From contig OZ025671.1 of assembly GCA_964019335.1 (NCBI GenBank), positions 124,001 to 188,000 on the forward strand: 64,000 nt of DNA, in the 5' to 3' direction. The notes below the pieces were generated by a model that was given only the letters and a program-made list of their open reading frames with translations, ran no database searches and was not told the origin of the DNA. Source of the DNA: Diplonema japonicum (taxonomy: Eukaryota > Protista > Euglenozoa: Diplonemea). A program made the position numbers and the translations under genes. This document shows, in pieces, positions 35,414-47,559 of the stretch. How positions within the stretch are numbered: the first letter of the stretch is position 1; every line of letters starts with the position of its first letter.

Positions 35414-37885
35414 TCACAGCTTGGCCTGTCCAGAGCAGATCCTTTCGAAGGCGTTCTCATTGAGTTCGGAGTAGGTGCCAGCGGGGATGTCGAAGAACCT
35501 TTAATATTATTATTTTTAAGAATTTCCATACCACATCTTGTCGCTGCATTTTTTGGGGTCAAAGCTCTCCTTCTTGTACTGCACCTTCATGTGCTTGAAG
35601 GTGCCTGTCGAGTCCATCTGAGCGAGGAAACGCACGAACATGGGAACCTTTTAACGTTAAAAAACCTTTTTGTCTCTCCATACCGAGTACATGGGCAGGT
35701 TGGCTCTGCAGTAGGTCGCGAATTTCCTAGGGTCAATCGGGACGTTGGGGTCCTGGTTGATGGCAACCATGCAAGCCCTGCCGTCCTTCCCCGGCACCTC
35801 AACCCCGTACACAGAGGCTTCAATGATACCAGGGAAGGTGGAGAGCACCTCGGACACCTCCATAGTGGAGACGTTCTCACCCTTCCATCGGAACTGTGGT
35901 GTTGCTTTTAAAAAAAAGAAAGAAAAAAAGTTGTCTCGATTTTAGTGGTGCCATGCAGTATGTGACACAGCAGCCACCCTTGTGAAACTTCGCCCCGAAG
36001 CCTCCCAAGTCCCCTGTGGTCCCGTAGAAAGTAAAAGTGGAGAGGTAAAGAAAGCTTGGAAATTGAAATAGGGAGAGGGGCCACAGAAGCAATTAAACAC
36101 CAACTGGAGTATGCTGTGGGAGATTGCTTCACTGGCCTGCCCACCTCCTTGTTCGATGTAATGGGATAAGGGACTCTCCGTTGAGGGCGATGCCAACTGG
36201 CGCCACGCGTAGGGTGGGCTCTCCACCCCCGTCCAGGTTTCCCCACGTGTACGGCTTTAGAACGAGAGTTTCCCTTTCGCTTGTGTCTCTCCAAACCACA
36301 ATTACCAGGAACCACCACAGGGAGGTTGGAAACATTGGTCCCCAAAAAAAGTCACATACAGTGTCGCCGATCCTGTCTACGAAGTAGGTGTACCCGTTGG
36401 TCTTCCTCAGAAGGTCTCCTGTTCTGAAGTAGGAGTCGCCCTTCACGAACACATCCCTCATGATCTTCTTCTCGGTCGCTTCCTTGTTGGTGTACCCTTC
36501 GAAGTCAGGGGCCGAACCAGTGGCCGTCTTGACCATCTTGATAGGGCTGATGAGCTCACCTGGCTGGTTGTCTTCGACAATTTCGCAGAAGCCTGCCTTG
36601 TTCCTGATGGGCATTTCGTTCTCAACGTCAAACTTCACAATGTACATAGGGCGTGCCGCCTGAAGGATCGCGCCGGTCTTCCCAACAGCACCCTGGCCCT
36701 CGTAGTTCCTGCAGAAGTTGAAGAGGAACGCGTTCCCCTCTGTGGCACCGTAGAACTCCCCGATCTCAGGAATGTTGTTCCTCCTCTGGAAGGTGTCCCA
36801 GATCTCAGGCCTCAGCCCGTTGCCAATGGCGATTCTAAGACGGTGCTTCTTCTCCTCCGGCTTGGGATCCGCGGCGAGGAGGTACCTGCACAGCTCACCA
36901 ATGTACTGCATGACAGTGGCCTTGTACCTGTTAAGATTGCTACCCAGTTTTGTACATACTTGATGCAGTCGCTCCAGTGCCTGGAGGCGGAGAACTTCTT
37001 CCTGATGATGTAAGTGCACCCCTTGTTCATCATGGACATGACACCAAGGTTAGCGGCTGTGTGGTAGAGGGGCATGCCTGAGCCGTAGATGACATCGGTG
37101 GCCTGGCAGCCGAAGGCGTTGACGATGATGGCGTAGTTGTTCATCTTCATGTGGCTGATCTTGCAGGCCTTGGGAAGCCCGGTGGTACCGCTGGTGTAGA
37201 TGTATCCGAAGGCATGCCCTGCGTCGAGGAGGTGCCCACGCCTCTCCTTGGCGTTAACCTTTTTGGTGGGGAAGGTCGCGATCTGCTGCAGGAAGTTGAT
37301 GCCTCCGTCAACCGAGGGCGCGTCGCCGACGATGGCGAAGGTCTTGACGCCGTTCTCACGGAAGCCCTTCTCCACGTTGTGGACGTTCTCAGAGATGTCG
37401 CTGTGGTAGATGATGCCGACGGCGCTGGCAATCTGAGTGCTGTGCAGGAGGGCCTTGCCCTTGATGTTCGAGTTGATCAACGCGATCTCAACACCCGCCT
37501 TGGCAAGACCCAACCAGGTCACAATGTAAATGGGATCGTTTTCCATGTACAACGCCACGCACTGCCCGGGCTTCCACAACGTGCACGCCCAGTTGGCAAC
37601 CTGGTTCGACTGCTCCTCCACCTGCTGGAAGGTGAGCGTGGCACCGGTGTCCGCGCTGATCAGGGCGACCTTGGTCTTGGACACCTCCTTCCTCGTCTTG
37701 GCCCACATGTCAACGATGCTCCACCCGGGGGTCTTGAAGTTCTTGTTCGCCTCCAAGTACACGCTGGCCAGCCTCGAGATCGCACCAAGGTCGTGCGACA
37801 GGTGGTACTTCCCGTCGACCCATTTCCAGCTCGCGAATGACGCAATGAGCGCCGCAAGGAGCTTGCCTTCAGTCGGAATGTCCAT
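35414..37885 (-). CDS. very-long-chain acyl-CoA synthetase / fatty acid transport protein (SLC27 family), ending in AKL
   Basis: [23 protein letters not shown]|[10 protein letters not shown]; introns 36928-36959, 35894-36359, 35648-35683 and 35499-35531. Confidence 0.95.
35932..36343 (-). mobile_element. ribozyme-headed retroposon inserted in FATP intron 2
   Basis: TSD ACTTTTTTT on the minus strand (36344-36352 and 35923-35931); 3' tail gtcacatactgca..gcacc shared with the 47.57 kb and 57.75 kb copies. Confidence 0.85.
36268..36343 (-). ncRNA. compact HDV-like self-cleaving ribozyme (76 nt)
   Basis: P1 GGGGACC/GGUUCCU with G1-U wobble; P2 GUUUCC/GGAAAC; P3 ACC/GGU; L3 UCCCUGU; P1.1 GG; P4 UUGUG..CACAA; J4/2 GCGAAA. 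Confidence 0.9.
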
Positions 37886-38010
37886 CTTACTATGCTGTGG
37901 TGTGGTGTGGTGTGGACCGAGTAAAAAAGGAGGGAAAGCAAAGGGAAGAAGAAAAGAAAAAAGGGAAAAAAAATAACAGGTCAAAGACTTTTTTTTAATG
38001 TCTGTGCGCC

Positions 38011-38655
38011 TCACGACTTTTGCGTCCCGGCGGTACTTCTCTTTTCGTTTACAAGCTTTTCCTCTTCTTCAACAATACGCTGACGGAGCCACATGACAGC
38101 GGAGATGAAACCAGCGAGAGACGACACTGTCTCCGGGGTGGAGAAGGCACCGAGGGCGGTGGTGTCGAGGAGGGCTCTTGTCATGGCGGGGGTGGGGGTC
38201 GGGGTGGAGCGGAGCTCGTGGAGGGCGTCAAGGGCCCGCGAGGCGACTGCAATGCGGGTTTCTGTTTTGGGAGACAGAAAGGACTTCTTTGTAAGGAAGC
38301 TAGCACAGCAGTTCAAAACAAGAGCGTTGCTGCAGAGGTCCGAGAAAATGTCCTTCGGGGTCTTGCTTGAGAAGTCTGAGAAGGCTCGGATAGGCGCGGT
38401 GACTCCCTGCGCTAAGTTCAACACACCCAGACCAGTACCTGCTGACTTCGCCGCACCACGAAGAACCTCTGCTACCTCAACGTCTTCCTCTTCCACACCA
38501 GCAGCGAGCCCTTTTGCTGCATACTGAAGCATAGCACACACCTGGCCCACACCCTGACTCGTCTCGAGCACCTTCGCGATCGCTGTCAGCTTCACAGGCA
38601 CATCACCGCCCCCTAGGACTGTCCGCACTGCGTACCCCGCGGGTATAGCAGCCAT
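38011..38655 (-). CDS. PEX11-like peroxisomal membrane protein
   Basis: VLETSQGVGQVCAMLQYAAK resembles the PEX11 N-terminal helix; C-terminal AGFISAV; 214 aa. Confidence 0.65.
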   Translation of the reverse strand: MAAIPAGYAVRTVLGGGDVPVKLTAIAKVLETSQGVGQVCAMLQYAAKGLAAGVEEEDVEVAEVLRGAAKSAGTGLGVLNLAQGVTAPIRAFSDFSSKTPKDIFSDLCSNALVLNCCASFLTKKSFLSPKTETRIAVASRALDALHELRSTPTPTPAMTRALLDTTALGAFSTPETVSSLAGFISAVMWLRQRIVEEEEKLVNEKRSTAGTQKS

Positions 38656-39186
38656 AACAAACTCTCAAAGTGTTATTATGTGACGTGCCACCTGTTGGTT
38701 GTTATGGTCGATCATCTGGCGAGGAGAAATGAAGAAATGAAAAAAAAGAATACAGTAAAAAAAAAAGGGGGGGGGACTGGGGGACGCTTCCCTGGGTCCC
38801 GGTCCCCAGTCAGTATTTCTCCGTTTTACTGTAAATTTATCCTTCTCGACAAAAAAAAGAAAAAAAAAGAAGAAGAAACATATCGGTGCAGTGGGCTGCG
38901 TGAGTTTAAATAAAAAAGAAAAAGTAGTAGAGGGAGGGGGGGTAGTGGATGGGGGAAAAACAAAAAAAAAACACATTGTTCTCTTTTTTTTTTTCCCTCC
39001 AATTTTTTCACCCTCTCCCCTTATCCCCTTTAGCTTATGGGACAGTGTAAAAGGTGGTGACGGGGATGACTAAACGAATAATATAAAAAATATAAAAAGC
39101 AACAACACAACAACAACAAAAAAAAAGAGGAAAACTGACTGGAAAAAAAAAGGAAAAAAAAAAAACTTGATTTCTCATAAATTCTT

Positions 39187-40125
39187 TCAAGCACACGCCA
39201 AAAGTGTGGCGACGGTCAACTGCTCTTCATTGACAAGGTCCTTATGCCGCCCCTTCCCGGGTTTTCCCTTCCGCCTAGGAGCAGCGGCGGAAATACCGGC
39301 CGCACATGTTTTACGCGCGGCCTTCCGCTTCAAAGGGAGGGGAGGTGGGGGAACTTCTTGTTTCTGAGCCGCTTTTTGGGGAGAACTACGTTTCGACAGC
39401 CTGGGGACCTCCGGCTTCTTCGCCTTCACAGCAGGCGACACCTCGGGTAAGAGCACAGCGTGGGGGGCCGCAACACGCGGCGAAACACGCAAAGGCTTCA
39501 CAACACACACTCTGAACACGCGAACGCCCTCCTTGTACGTCTCTTCATAAACTCCACCAGAGGGCTTGGTTAAAACACCAACACCGTCTTTATGCCCGTT
39601 GACCCAAGGACCACGGTAAAACTCCCCAGTGAGGGTGGTGAAGAGGCACTCGCCATTCGGTGCACCGTTGATCCAGTGCCCGCATTCAAGTATGTTACCA
39701 TTGAAATACCGTTTGACCCCGTAGCCATGCGGGAGGCCTGTTTTGCTGTGGACAAGGCCTGTGAAGACTGCTGTGGGGTATTGTACGTCTATTTGTCGTT
39801 TGCTGTTTTCGAACAGTCCGTACTCCCCGTAGATGGGGGATGTCTCGTTGTATACAGGGTCGTGGTCGTGGGGTGCGGCTGTGGCCTCCGGTTGCTGCGT
39901 TGGGATCGTCACACTGTGCTTTCTGTACTCCGGTCGGAGCACGTCGTCAGCCTCGCTGTCGCTTTCCTGTGTTCGATCCTTGCTTCGTCTTTCTTTCTTA
40001 TTCTTTTTGGAAATTCTGTCTGTTGAACTGCTCACCCGTAACTCGTCCAGCATATCCCTCGGAGGGGGACTGCTGTCGCTATACCCTCCATCGCTCGAGT
40101 CTGAATATAGCCCGAGCGTTTCCAT
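39187..40125 (-). CDS. MORN-repeat protein
   Basis: PHGYG...YRGPWVNGHKDGVGVLT...YEETYKEG repeats. Confidence 0.9.
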   Translation of the reverse strand: METLGLYSDSSDGGYSDSSPPPRDMLDELRVSSSTDRISKKNKKERRSKDRTQESDSEADDVLRPEYRKHSVTIPTQQPEATAAPHDHDPVYNETSPIYGEYGLFENSKRQIDVQYPTAVFTGLVHSKTGLPHGYGVKRYFNGNILECGHWINGAPNGECLFTTLTGEFYRGPWVNGHKDGVGVLTKPSGGVYEETYKEGVRVFRVCVVKPLRVSPRVAAPHAVLLPEVSPAVKAKKPEVPRLSKRSSPQKAAQKQEVPPPPLPLKRKAARKTCAAGISAAAPRRKGKPGKGRHKDLVNEEQLTVATLLACA

Positions 40126-40323
40126 TTTTTTTTTTTCTTTCCGCCCCCCCTTTTTTTGTGTTTTTGTTTTTGTTTTTGTTTTGACGAAAAAATTGAAGAA
40201 AAAAAAATCATCTTTTTTTTTTTTTTTTTTTTTAAAGTGTTGAACGGTACTGAAAATCCCGGATACGCTTATAATGTGATTCCCAACACTTTTTTTTGTT
40301 TTTTTTCTTTTGTTTCTTCTTTT

Positions 40324-41031
40324 TCATGCCACGTCGAAACCCCTTAACGAGCTGATGTCCCGCTCCAGCTTCTCCGTTTCGGTTTGTATACGCTGATTCT
40401 TCCTGCACAGCTCCATCCACTCCAATTCAGATTCCTTCAATACCCGTGCGATTTTCTGTATTTTTTTTTCTTTTTTTTTTTCTTGTGTGAACTTACCCTC
40501 TGCTTGTGTTTTCTGAAAGTGTTGACTTCCTCGATTTTTCTTTTGGTGGCCTCCAATTGCTGCTCCACCTGGTTGCTGACCGACCTTGTCTCCTCGTTGC
40601 TGGACAGCCATGCGTCTTTCCCGTAGTCATTCAATAGTTCTAAATTCGTGTGTCGAGTCACCTTTTTTTTTTTTTTCTTTTTTGTTTTTTTTTTTTTTTT
40701 TTGTTTAAACCTGTTGTTGATATTGCGCTTGTGCGTTGCTGATGGCCTTGGACCAGGCTGCCATATCACCATCCTCCGATCCTGCGGGAGGGATCACCTC
40801 GTATCTAGACCGATCCAATGGGAGGGGGGGCCTGCCCTGTGCTACCCTCTGCAGCTCGTCTTGTACCATACTGCTTACACGACTTTCTGGCAATGGGAGG
40901 TTTTGCAAGTAGTCACCTTCAGGAAATGTAGCCAGCTCCTCTTCTATCATTTGGTCAATCTGCTCCCTCAGGGCTTTAGTGAGGGGCGGGTCGATGTAAG
41001 CGAGGGCATCAATTTGAATTTGACCAGACAT
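40324..41031 (-). CDS. BCAS2: pre-mRNA splicing factor SPF27/BCAS2
   Basis: IDALAYID, LDRSRY, NLELLNDYG..AW; introns 40662-40710 and 40456-40496. Confidence 0.92.
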
Positions 41032-41261
41032 TTTTTTTTCTTTTTTTTTTCTCTCTCTCTTTTTTTTAAAAGGTTTCTTTCCCCCCTCGTTCTCCCTTTT
41101 CGCCCCCTTCCTTTTTTATTGTTTTTCTTTCGCCCCCCCCCCTCGGGGCGGCAACTCTGACAATGTCAAGTGATCATCACCTCTTAAGCGCAGGAAGTTC
41201 CCCCTACCCCCTACCCCCCGATGTGGAATCCCTCAAAAAAAAAAGAATAAAATGGGAGGGG

Positions 41262-42050
41262 TTACAACCTCCCTGCCTTTTCCTTTTCCTTCCGCTCTCT
41301 CGCCTCGCGTTCCTCTCGCATCTTTTTGTATTTGTCTTCCTTGTTCTCTTTTTTTCCTTTTTTCTCTTTCTTTTCCTTTTTGGGATGACTGCTCACCGGT
41401 ACGTCTCGGGGTTGCGATGCGGCTCCCTTAAGGTACCAGGGCTTCTCTGACAGACCTTGCTTTCCGCCAAAGGCATGAGTGAGGTCCATCTTAGGTACTT
41501 CTCTTTCAACAGTGCGGTTGTGCATTTTGTGTCGCGTCTTCTCGACGAAGGTGTTTGGAGCTACGGATGGAGGTGCTGTGTGACCTTCGGGGAAAATTAA
41601 ATTTTGCAAGTCTTCAGGAAGCGCTGAAGGTGCCGAAGGTGTATCTTGCTTAGCTTCCCTCTCTTGTGTCGAGCTTACAGGTGGCTTCCAGTCACACACC
41701 TTTTGGTATTGTTGGTGTGCTTCGTCTCTCTTCTTTGCCAGTGTTTCGTTTCTTCTCTTCTCCCTTTCTTCTTTTGTTTTCTTCTTCCCCCTCCATGTGT
41801 ATCCTGCTTCCTCGGGGTCTGTGCTTTCACTATCGCATTCCTCTTGGATCGTGTGCTTGTCTGTGGCCTCTCCCCTTGCCCGTCCCAGCAGGGCCTCGTG
41901 GCGGTTTTTTGAGTTCGCCACCACCTTCTCCAACTTTCTTTTTTTCTTATTCTCTCGGTACTCTTCTTCATCCTGTTCCACCCTCAGCCTGTTCTCCAGG
42001 TTCCAGACGTGGTACCGCTTGTTTTTTACTACATCGCCGACTTTGCCCAT
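41262..42050 (-). CDS. CIR_N-domain protein (LENG1/CWC25-like)
   Basis: KRYHVWNLENRLRVEQDE N-terminus; PWY motif; RE-rich end. Confidence 0.8.
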   Translation of the reverse strand: MGKVGDVVKNKRYHVWNLENRLRVEQDEEEYRENKKKRKLEKVVANSKNRHEALLGRARGEATDKHTIQEECDSESTDPEEAGYTWRGKKKTKEEREKRRNETLAKKRDEAHQQYQKVCDWKPPVSSTQEREAKQDTPSAPSALPEDLQNLIFPEGHTAPPSVAPNTFVEKTRHKMHNRTVEREVPKMDLTHAFGGKQGLSEKPWYLKGAASQPRDVPVSSHPKKEKKEKKGKKENKEDKYKKMREEREARERKEKEKAGRL

Positions 42051-42200
42051 TTTCTTTTCGAGGGGTTTTTTTTTCTTCTTTTTTTTTTCCTCCTTTTTTT
42101 AGGGATTGTTTTTTTTTTTTTATATTTCAGGTAAGGTGTTTTCTTTGGACATGCAAAAAAAACAAGAGGGGGGCGGGGCGGGAAGGGGAAAAAAAAACCC

Positions 42201-42255
<55 letters not shown>

Positions 42256-42560
42256 GGACAGTGGAGGCGCAAGGCAAAAAGACAATCGAGCAAATAACAA
42301 CCTGCTTATCTTTCTTGCTTCCTCCTCACATTGAGCCCCCCCCCCCCCCCCCCCCCCCCCCCCATACACACTGAAATCTTACCGAATTTCGCAGCAGCCA
42401 AAAAATGCCGTAAACAAATAACAATTTCAAAATCTGCTTACTTGTTCCGGCAAAAAGAAAATGATATCCAGGAATAATATATGAATATAAAATGCGGAAT
42501 GGGGGGAAGGGGTGTTTTCTTTCTTTCTTTTTTTTCTTCTTTTTCTCTCTCTTTTCCCCC

Positions 42561-43431
42561 TCATGCGAAAACAGATTTCGGGTAAGGCGTCTCGCTGATC
42601 GGGGAGGTTTCAAGCCTTTTGAGGTACCCTTCCCAGGACTGTTCCCTGTACTTCCTGGCCTCCTCTGCTCTGTTGGCCGCGTTAAGAATTCCACGGCCAA
42701 CCTGGATAACATCAGCACCCTTCCCAACCACACTCGAAGGGGTGTTGTACTGTTGCCCGAGGCTATCACCACCAGCTTGCAATTTCACACCAGGGGTAAG
42801 AGTAATGAACCCAGGGTGGTCTGTCAGGCGGTGCTGCGCAACGAAACCGAAAATGAAGTCCTCATGGTCGTAAGCCTGCTGGACACATGCCTTGGTGTAT
42901 GGGCCGCCGTCAGCAAGCGTTCCTTTTGAGGACATCTCCGCAACGAGAAGAAGGCCTCTCTTGCGAGGAACACCCACTTCTTTCAAAGCCTCCACAGTTC
43001 CAGGTCCTGCAATGATGTGGGCGTTGGTAACATGGGACCATTCTGCGATGCGGTGGTGCCCGTGTTCGTACTGCAGCTTTGCTGTGTTGCCGATATCAGC
43101 AAATTTTCTATCTTCAAAGATCACGAAGTCCAGCTCTTCAGAGAGCTTTTGCAGCTCCTTCACAAGCTCATCATCGAAATCACGAACAACGTCCATGTGG
43201 GTCTTGATCATGCAGCACTCTGCACCAACCTCCCTCACCGTAGTCAGAAGCTCTTCTTTGGTTGTAACATCAGGGTTGAAAGACAGGCATGACTTCTTTC
43301 TTGCCATCGTTTCAAATACTTTTCTTTTTTTTTTTTTTTTTTTTTTTCTCGGCCCAATATCATTATCCATACCTCCCTGCTTCGTTCTTACACAATTTCG
43401 CTCTCTCTTCGAAGGTTAGTTCCTTTGCCAT
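42561..43431 (-). CDS. URA3: orotidine-5'-phosphate decarboxylase, monofunctional eukaryotic type
   Basis: KTHMD, FEDRKFADIGNT, AEMSSKG, DSLGQQY, VGRGI; intron 43324-43372 joins MAKELTFEERA... Confidence 0.95.
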
Positions 43432-43824
43432 TTTTTTTTTTTTTTTTTTGCTTTCTTTTTTTTTTGTTGTTGTTGTTTTGGAAGAAATGGTGTTAGAAAA
43501 GGGGGGGAATAAATAAAAAATGGGGTAAAGGGATGGAGGATAAAAAAAAGAGAAAATAAAAAAAAATGGGAGGGGAAAAAGAGGGGATGGGATGAGAGGG
43601 CGGCGGGATTAATGGAGAAAAGAAAAATCTTTTTTTTTTTTTTTTGCAATGACGGGGGTGTGTGGGGGCTTTTTTTTTTAGGTGGAGAAAAAAAAAAAAA
43701 AAAAAAAAAACGAAGAAAAAGGTTAGAATGACACTTTTGTCCCTGAAAAAACAAGCCGATTGCTCCCTTTTATAAAAGAAAAAACTTTTTTTTTCCTCCC
43801 TTCACAGAACAACTAGTCTGTTTT

Positions 43825-43861
<37 letters not shown>

Positions 43862-44747
43862 ATAAGTGCATCTAAACGAAAAAAAAAAACAAGAAAAAAT
43901 CTTAGGCCGAAAAAAAAAAGCGAGCTAGGTTTGTGGAAGCATGAGTAGGGGGGGGGGGGGGATAGGAAAAATAAAATAAAAGGGCGTGTACTCATGAGCA
44001 GAAGGGAAAAAATAAAAAAATAAGCGAAAACGCAGGGTAAAAAAAAAATGAATAAATAAAAAAAAGGAAAAAAAAAGGGGGCCTCAGAAGCTAGAATAGT
44101 TGTTACTTACCGTTAAAAACCTTCTTTTTCTTTTTTCTTCTTCTTTTTGTCCATCCTTCCCCTACTCTGAATGGGAAGGTAGCGGGGGAAAAAAAAAAAG
44201 AGAAAAAAAAGAAAAAGAAAACGTAACGATAAGCCCCAACCGTAGGGAGTAAGAAAGAAAGAAGAGAAAAAAAAAACTAAATTTTCAGAGACAAAAGGGC
44301 GTAAGTACTAGAAGAAAAAAAAAACTTTTTTTTCAATAAACCGTATCTACTACTGGTAAGGAACTGGTATAGCCCTGTCTCTCTCTTTTTGTTTTGAAAA
44401 CACAGATGGGCCGGGGTAGGGGAAATAGGTGGAATGAAGCATTATCAAACAGGGTCAATGTGATCACCATATTTTCTTTCATTTCCGCTCCTCTCCCCCC
44501 CCCCCACTTTTAGACTATCTATATATTTACCCATTCCCTTTTTTTGCTTAGGTTTGTTCTTCTTCTTTTTTTTTTTTCTTTTCTTTTAATGCAGTCCGAC
44601 GATTACTCTACTGATGTCTAACTGTCACTATAAAAAAAAATAAAAAAAACAAAAAAAAAAGAAAGGGAGGGAGGACCAAAAAAAAAAACAAAATAAAAAT
44701 AAAAAAAAACCGAGGCTCCCCCACAAAGAGGGGGAAGATGAAGAAGG

Positions 44748-44790
<43 letters not shown>

Positions 44791-45554
44791 TTACGCTATT
44801 TTATGTCACCCAGCCCTTTGCCACCCTTTCTAAATGAGTAGCAGGGGGGCACAATCTTTTTTGCGTAAATGGAAAAGTGTTACGCTGAAGGTGGTGAAGG
44901 GGTGCAAGGGAAAAAAAAAAAAAAAAAAAGAAGAAGAACCATCCACGTCATCTCCGTTCTTTTCTTTTTGTTTCCCTTTTTTCCAAAAAGCTTCTTTTGA
45001 GGGGGGGGGGGGGGGGCAAAAATGGGGAATACACGCAGAAAAGTTGTAACTTGAAGGAAAATTCTTAAAAATTAAGTTATTTTTGATGCTCCACCCCCCC
45101 CCCCCCCCCCCCCCGCTGGGCTTTTTGTGCGATGCAACATGTCGTTTGGTGTGATCGAGTGTATTCTTTTTTTTTTTTTTACCTAATAAAGTTAACTCAA
45201 TGCGCTGCCAACAACTAGTTTTAAGGTAAAAATAAAAATAAAGAAGACGGGGAAAAAAATTGCAGCCGATGACTCATTTCTTTTACTTCTATTTTTTCTT
45301 TTTTTGCCTTTCATCGATATGCGTTGCCAAGTTGGTGGTACACACATTTCCCCCCTTCTTTCACACCGTTATTATCGACGCCGATATTATTATTACTTTT
45401 TTTTAACATTTCTTTTTTTTTTTTTTTTAATTTTTAATTTACCATTGCCTCACACCCACCACAGCATTTCTTCTCGTGTCTTGAAGAGGAGAGGGGGAGA
45501 AAAAAAAATACAGTACAAATATTCAACGAAATTATCTCGTCGTTCTTTTTTCCT

Positions 45555-45586
<32 letters not shown>

Positions 45587-47202
45587 CCTTTTTTTTTTCC
45601 AGGCTCGTGCACTTGTATTTAGCCACGGTACTGTCAGGCTGCAGGGTGTCACAAACCCATACAAATGGGAGTTAAGACCCAGCATTACAGCCATATACCC
45701 TTGTACTTTAACAGCACCTTTTTTTTAAAAAAGAGTTTTTTAAAAACCAAGAGCCTGTTTTCTTTTTTTTTTTCTTTTTTTTTTTTTCTTTTTTTTTTCT
45801 GAAAAGAAAAAAAAAATGTCGACAAAAAAAACCCCATCATTGCGCACATCATTATCTTTTTTTTTTTTTATCTTTTTTCTTTTTTTTTTCCCTTCTTCTT
45901 TCAATTATGTCTTACGAATCTTTTTGTTTTTAGAACAGGTGGAGCAAAAAAGGAGGAAAAACAAAACAAAACAATCTCATTTCTTTCTTGTTATTCCCTT
46001 TAGTCATAATGAGCTTGCCTAGTTAAGTTTCTTCTTCTTCTTTTTTTTTCTTTTTTTCCCTCCTTTTTCGTTATGAGTGGGTGGGGGAAACAACAATTTA
46101 CAGGGCCCGAAACCTGTTTGCCAAAAAAAAAAAAAAAAGGGAGGCGAACGTAGATCTTACATCTTATCCTTTGAGCACCTTTTTTACATACACTCAGGAG
46201 GTGGAGGAGGGGGGAAGGAATGAGAACAATAGATGTTCGGGGATTCAGAAAAAAAAATAAATTATTCACCCCCCCCCCCTTCTTTTCCCCATTTTCGGAA
46301 AAAGTTCTTTTTTTGTTCCGTAATCTTTACAAATTTCTTTAACGTATTATTTCTTATGAATAAATTAAAAAAAATGAAAAAAAAACAAAATCTTTGTTAC
46401 ACACCAAAAGAAAAAAAAAATCACCGACTGTTGCTTCATCTTACCATGACCTGCCTTTTACTCTCGCACTATGTGGTTCTCTTGCGAACACGCGTAAAAA
46501 AGGAGAAAAAAAATGAAAAAGAAGGGGGAAATCCTTTATATGAAAAAAAGAAATAAAAGAAGGACAGCCCCTTTGAACTGAGGGGGGGGGGGAATAATAA
46601 AGAAGGGAACAAAAAATATTTTAAAAAAAGAATGAAACAAAAGAAGGCGAGAGAGGAACAGTCCACTTCAAAAACTTCAAAAAAAAAACGAAACTTTTTT
46701 TCTTTTATTCCGGGAGTAGAGGGCCTGAAAGGAAACAAGAATGTTCGCACAAACAAAAGAAGAGTTAAAAAAAAGGGGGGGTGCAGCACCACGCTCATGG
46801 CGACTTCTGACTGTAAGCTTCCTTTATTTTTCTCTGACTTATTCAGTTTCTTTGTTCTTAATCTTATGCTTGTTTTGTTCCCCCTGTTTATTTTCTACTC
46901 CCTTTTTTTTTTATCGTTTCAAAAGTCTTTTTTTTTTCTCTCTATTTTCTCCTTAGTGGACCTACCTCTATCCCGCCTTCCCATCACAAAATAAAAAGGA
47001 CAAGAAATCTTTGCGAAGGTTAGAATCTCCCTTTTTTTTTCTTCTTGTGATGTTCCCACTTCATTCTTTTTTTTTTCTGTTTTTTTTTTTTTTTTCTCTT
47101 TCCCCCCTTCTCAATCTTTCAAAAGAAGAGGGAAAAAAAAAAAAGAAAAAAAGAAAGAAACTAACAGAACAGGGATAACCTTTAGCACTGTATTGACGCA
47201 CT

Positions 47203-47236
<34 letters not shown>

Positions 47237-47559
47237 CTCGCGCGTGCCCGGAGTGTTTAGTTTCCTTTAAGACCCCTTCCAAGTTAGTTTAAACGGTGGA
47301 AAAACGTTAAGAGCTGGGGCTAAACGGATGGTAAATGGGCAAACTTATCTTTTTTTCTTTTTTTTTATTTTTTTCCTTTTCTAAAACGCGTCAAAACAAG
47401 CTTAAAGGTTACCCTCTACTGAGTTCTGAAGTATTAAACAAAAAAAAAAAAAAAAAAAAAAAAAAAAGGACACCACAGAATGTGGGAATTGAAAAAAAAA
47501 TAAAAAAAACTTTGACCAAAACCGAGGCCAAATAGGTTAGACGGAAAAAATAAAAAAAA

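Noticed and set aside
36185-36240. Resemblance to the trypanosomatid ingi/L1Tc/SIDER signature (cctgg..ccacc..cgtgg.gccag) as a second ribozyme
   Set aside because: No convincing P2 or J4/2 could be built; it folds as a simple hairpin instead
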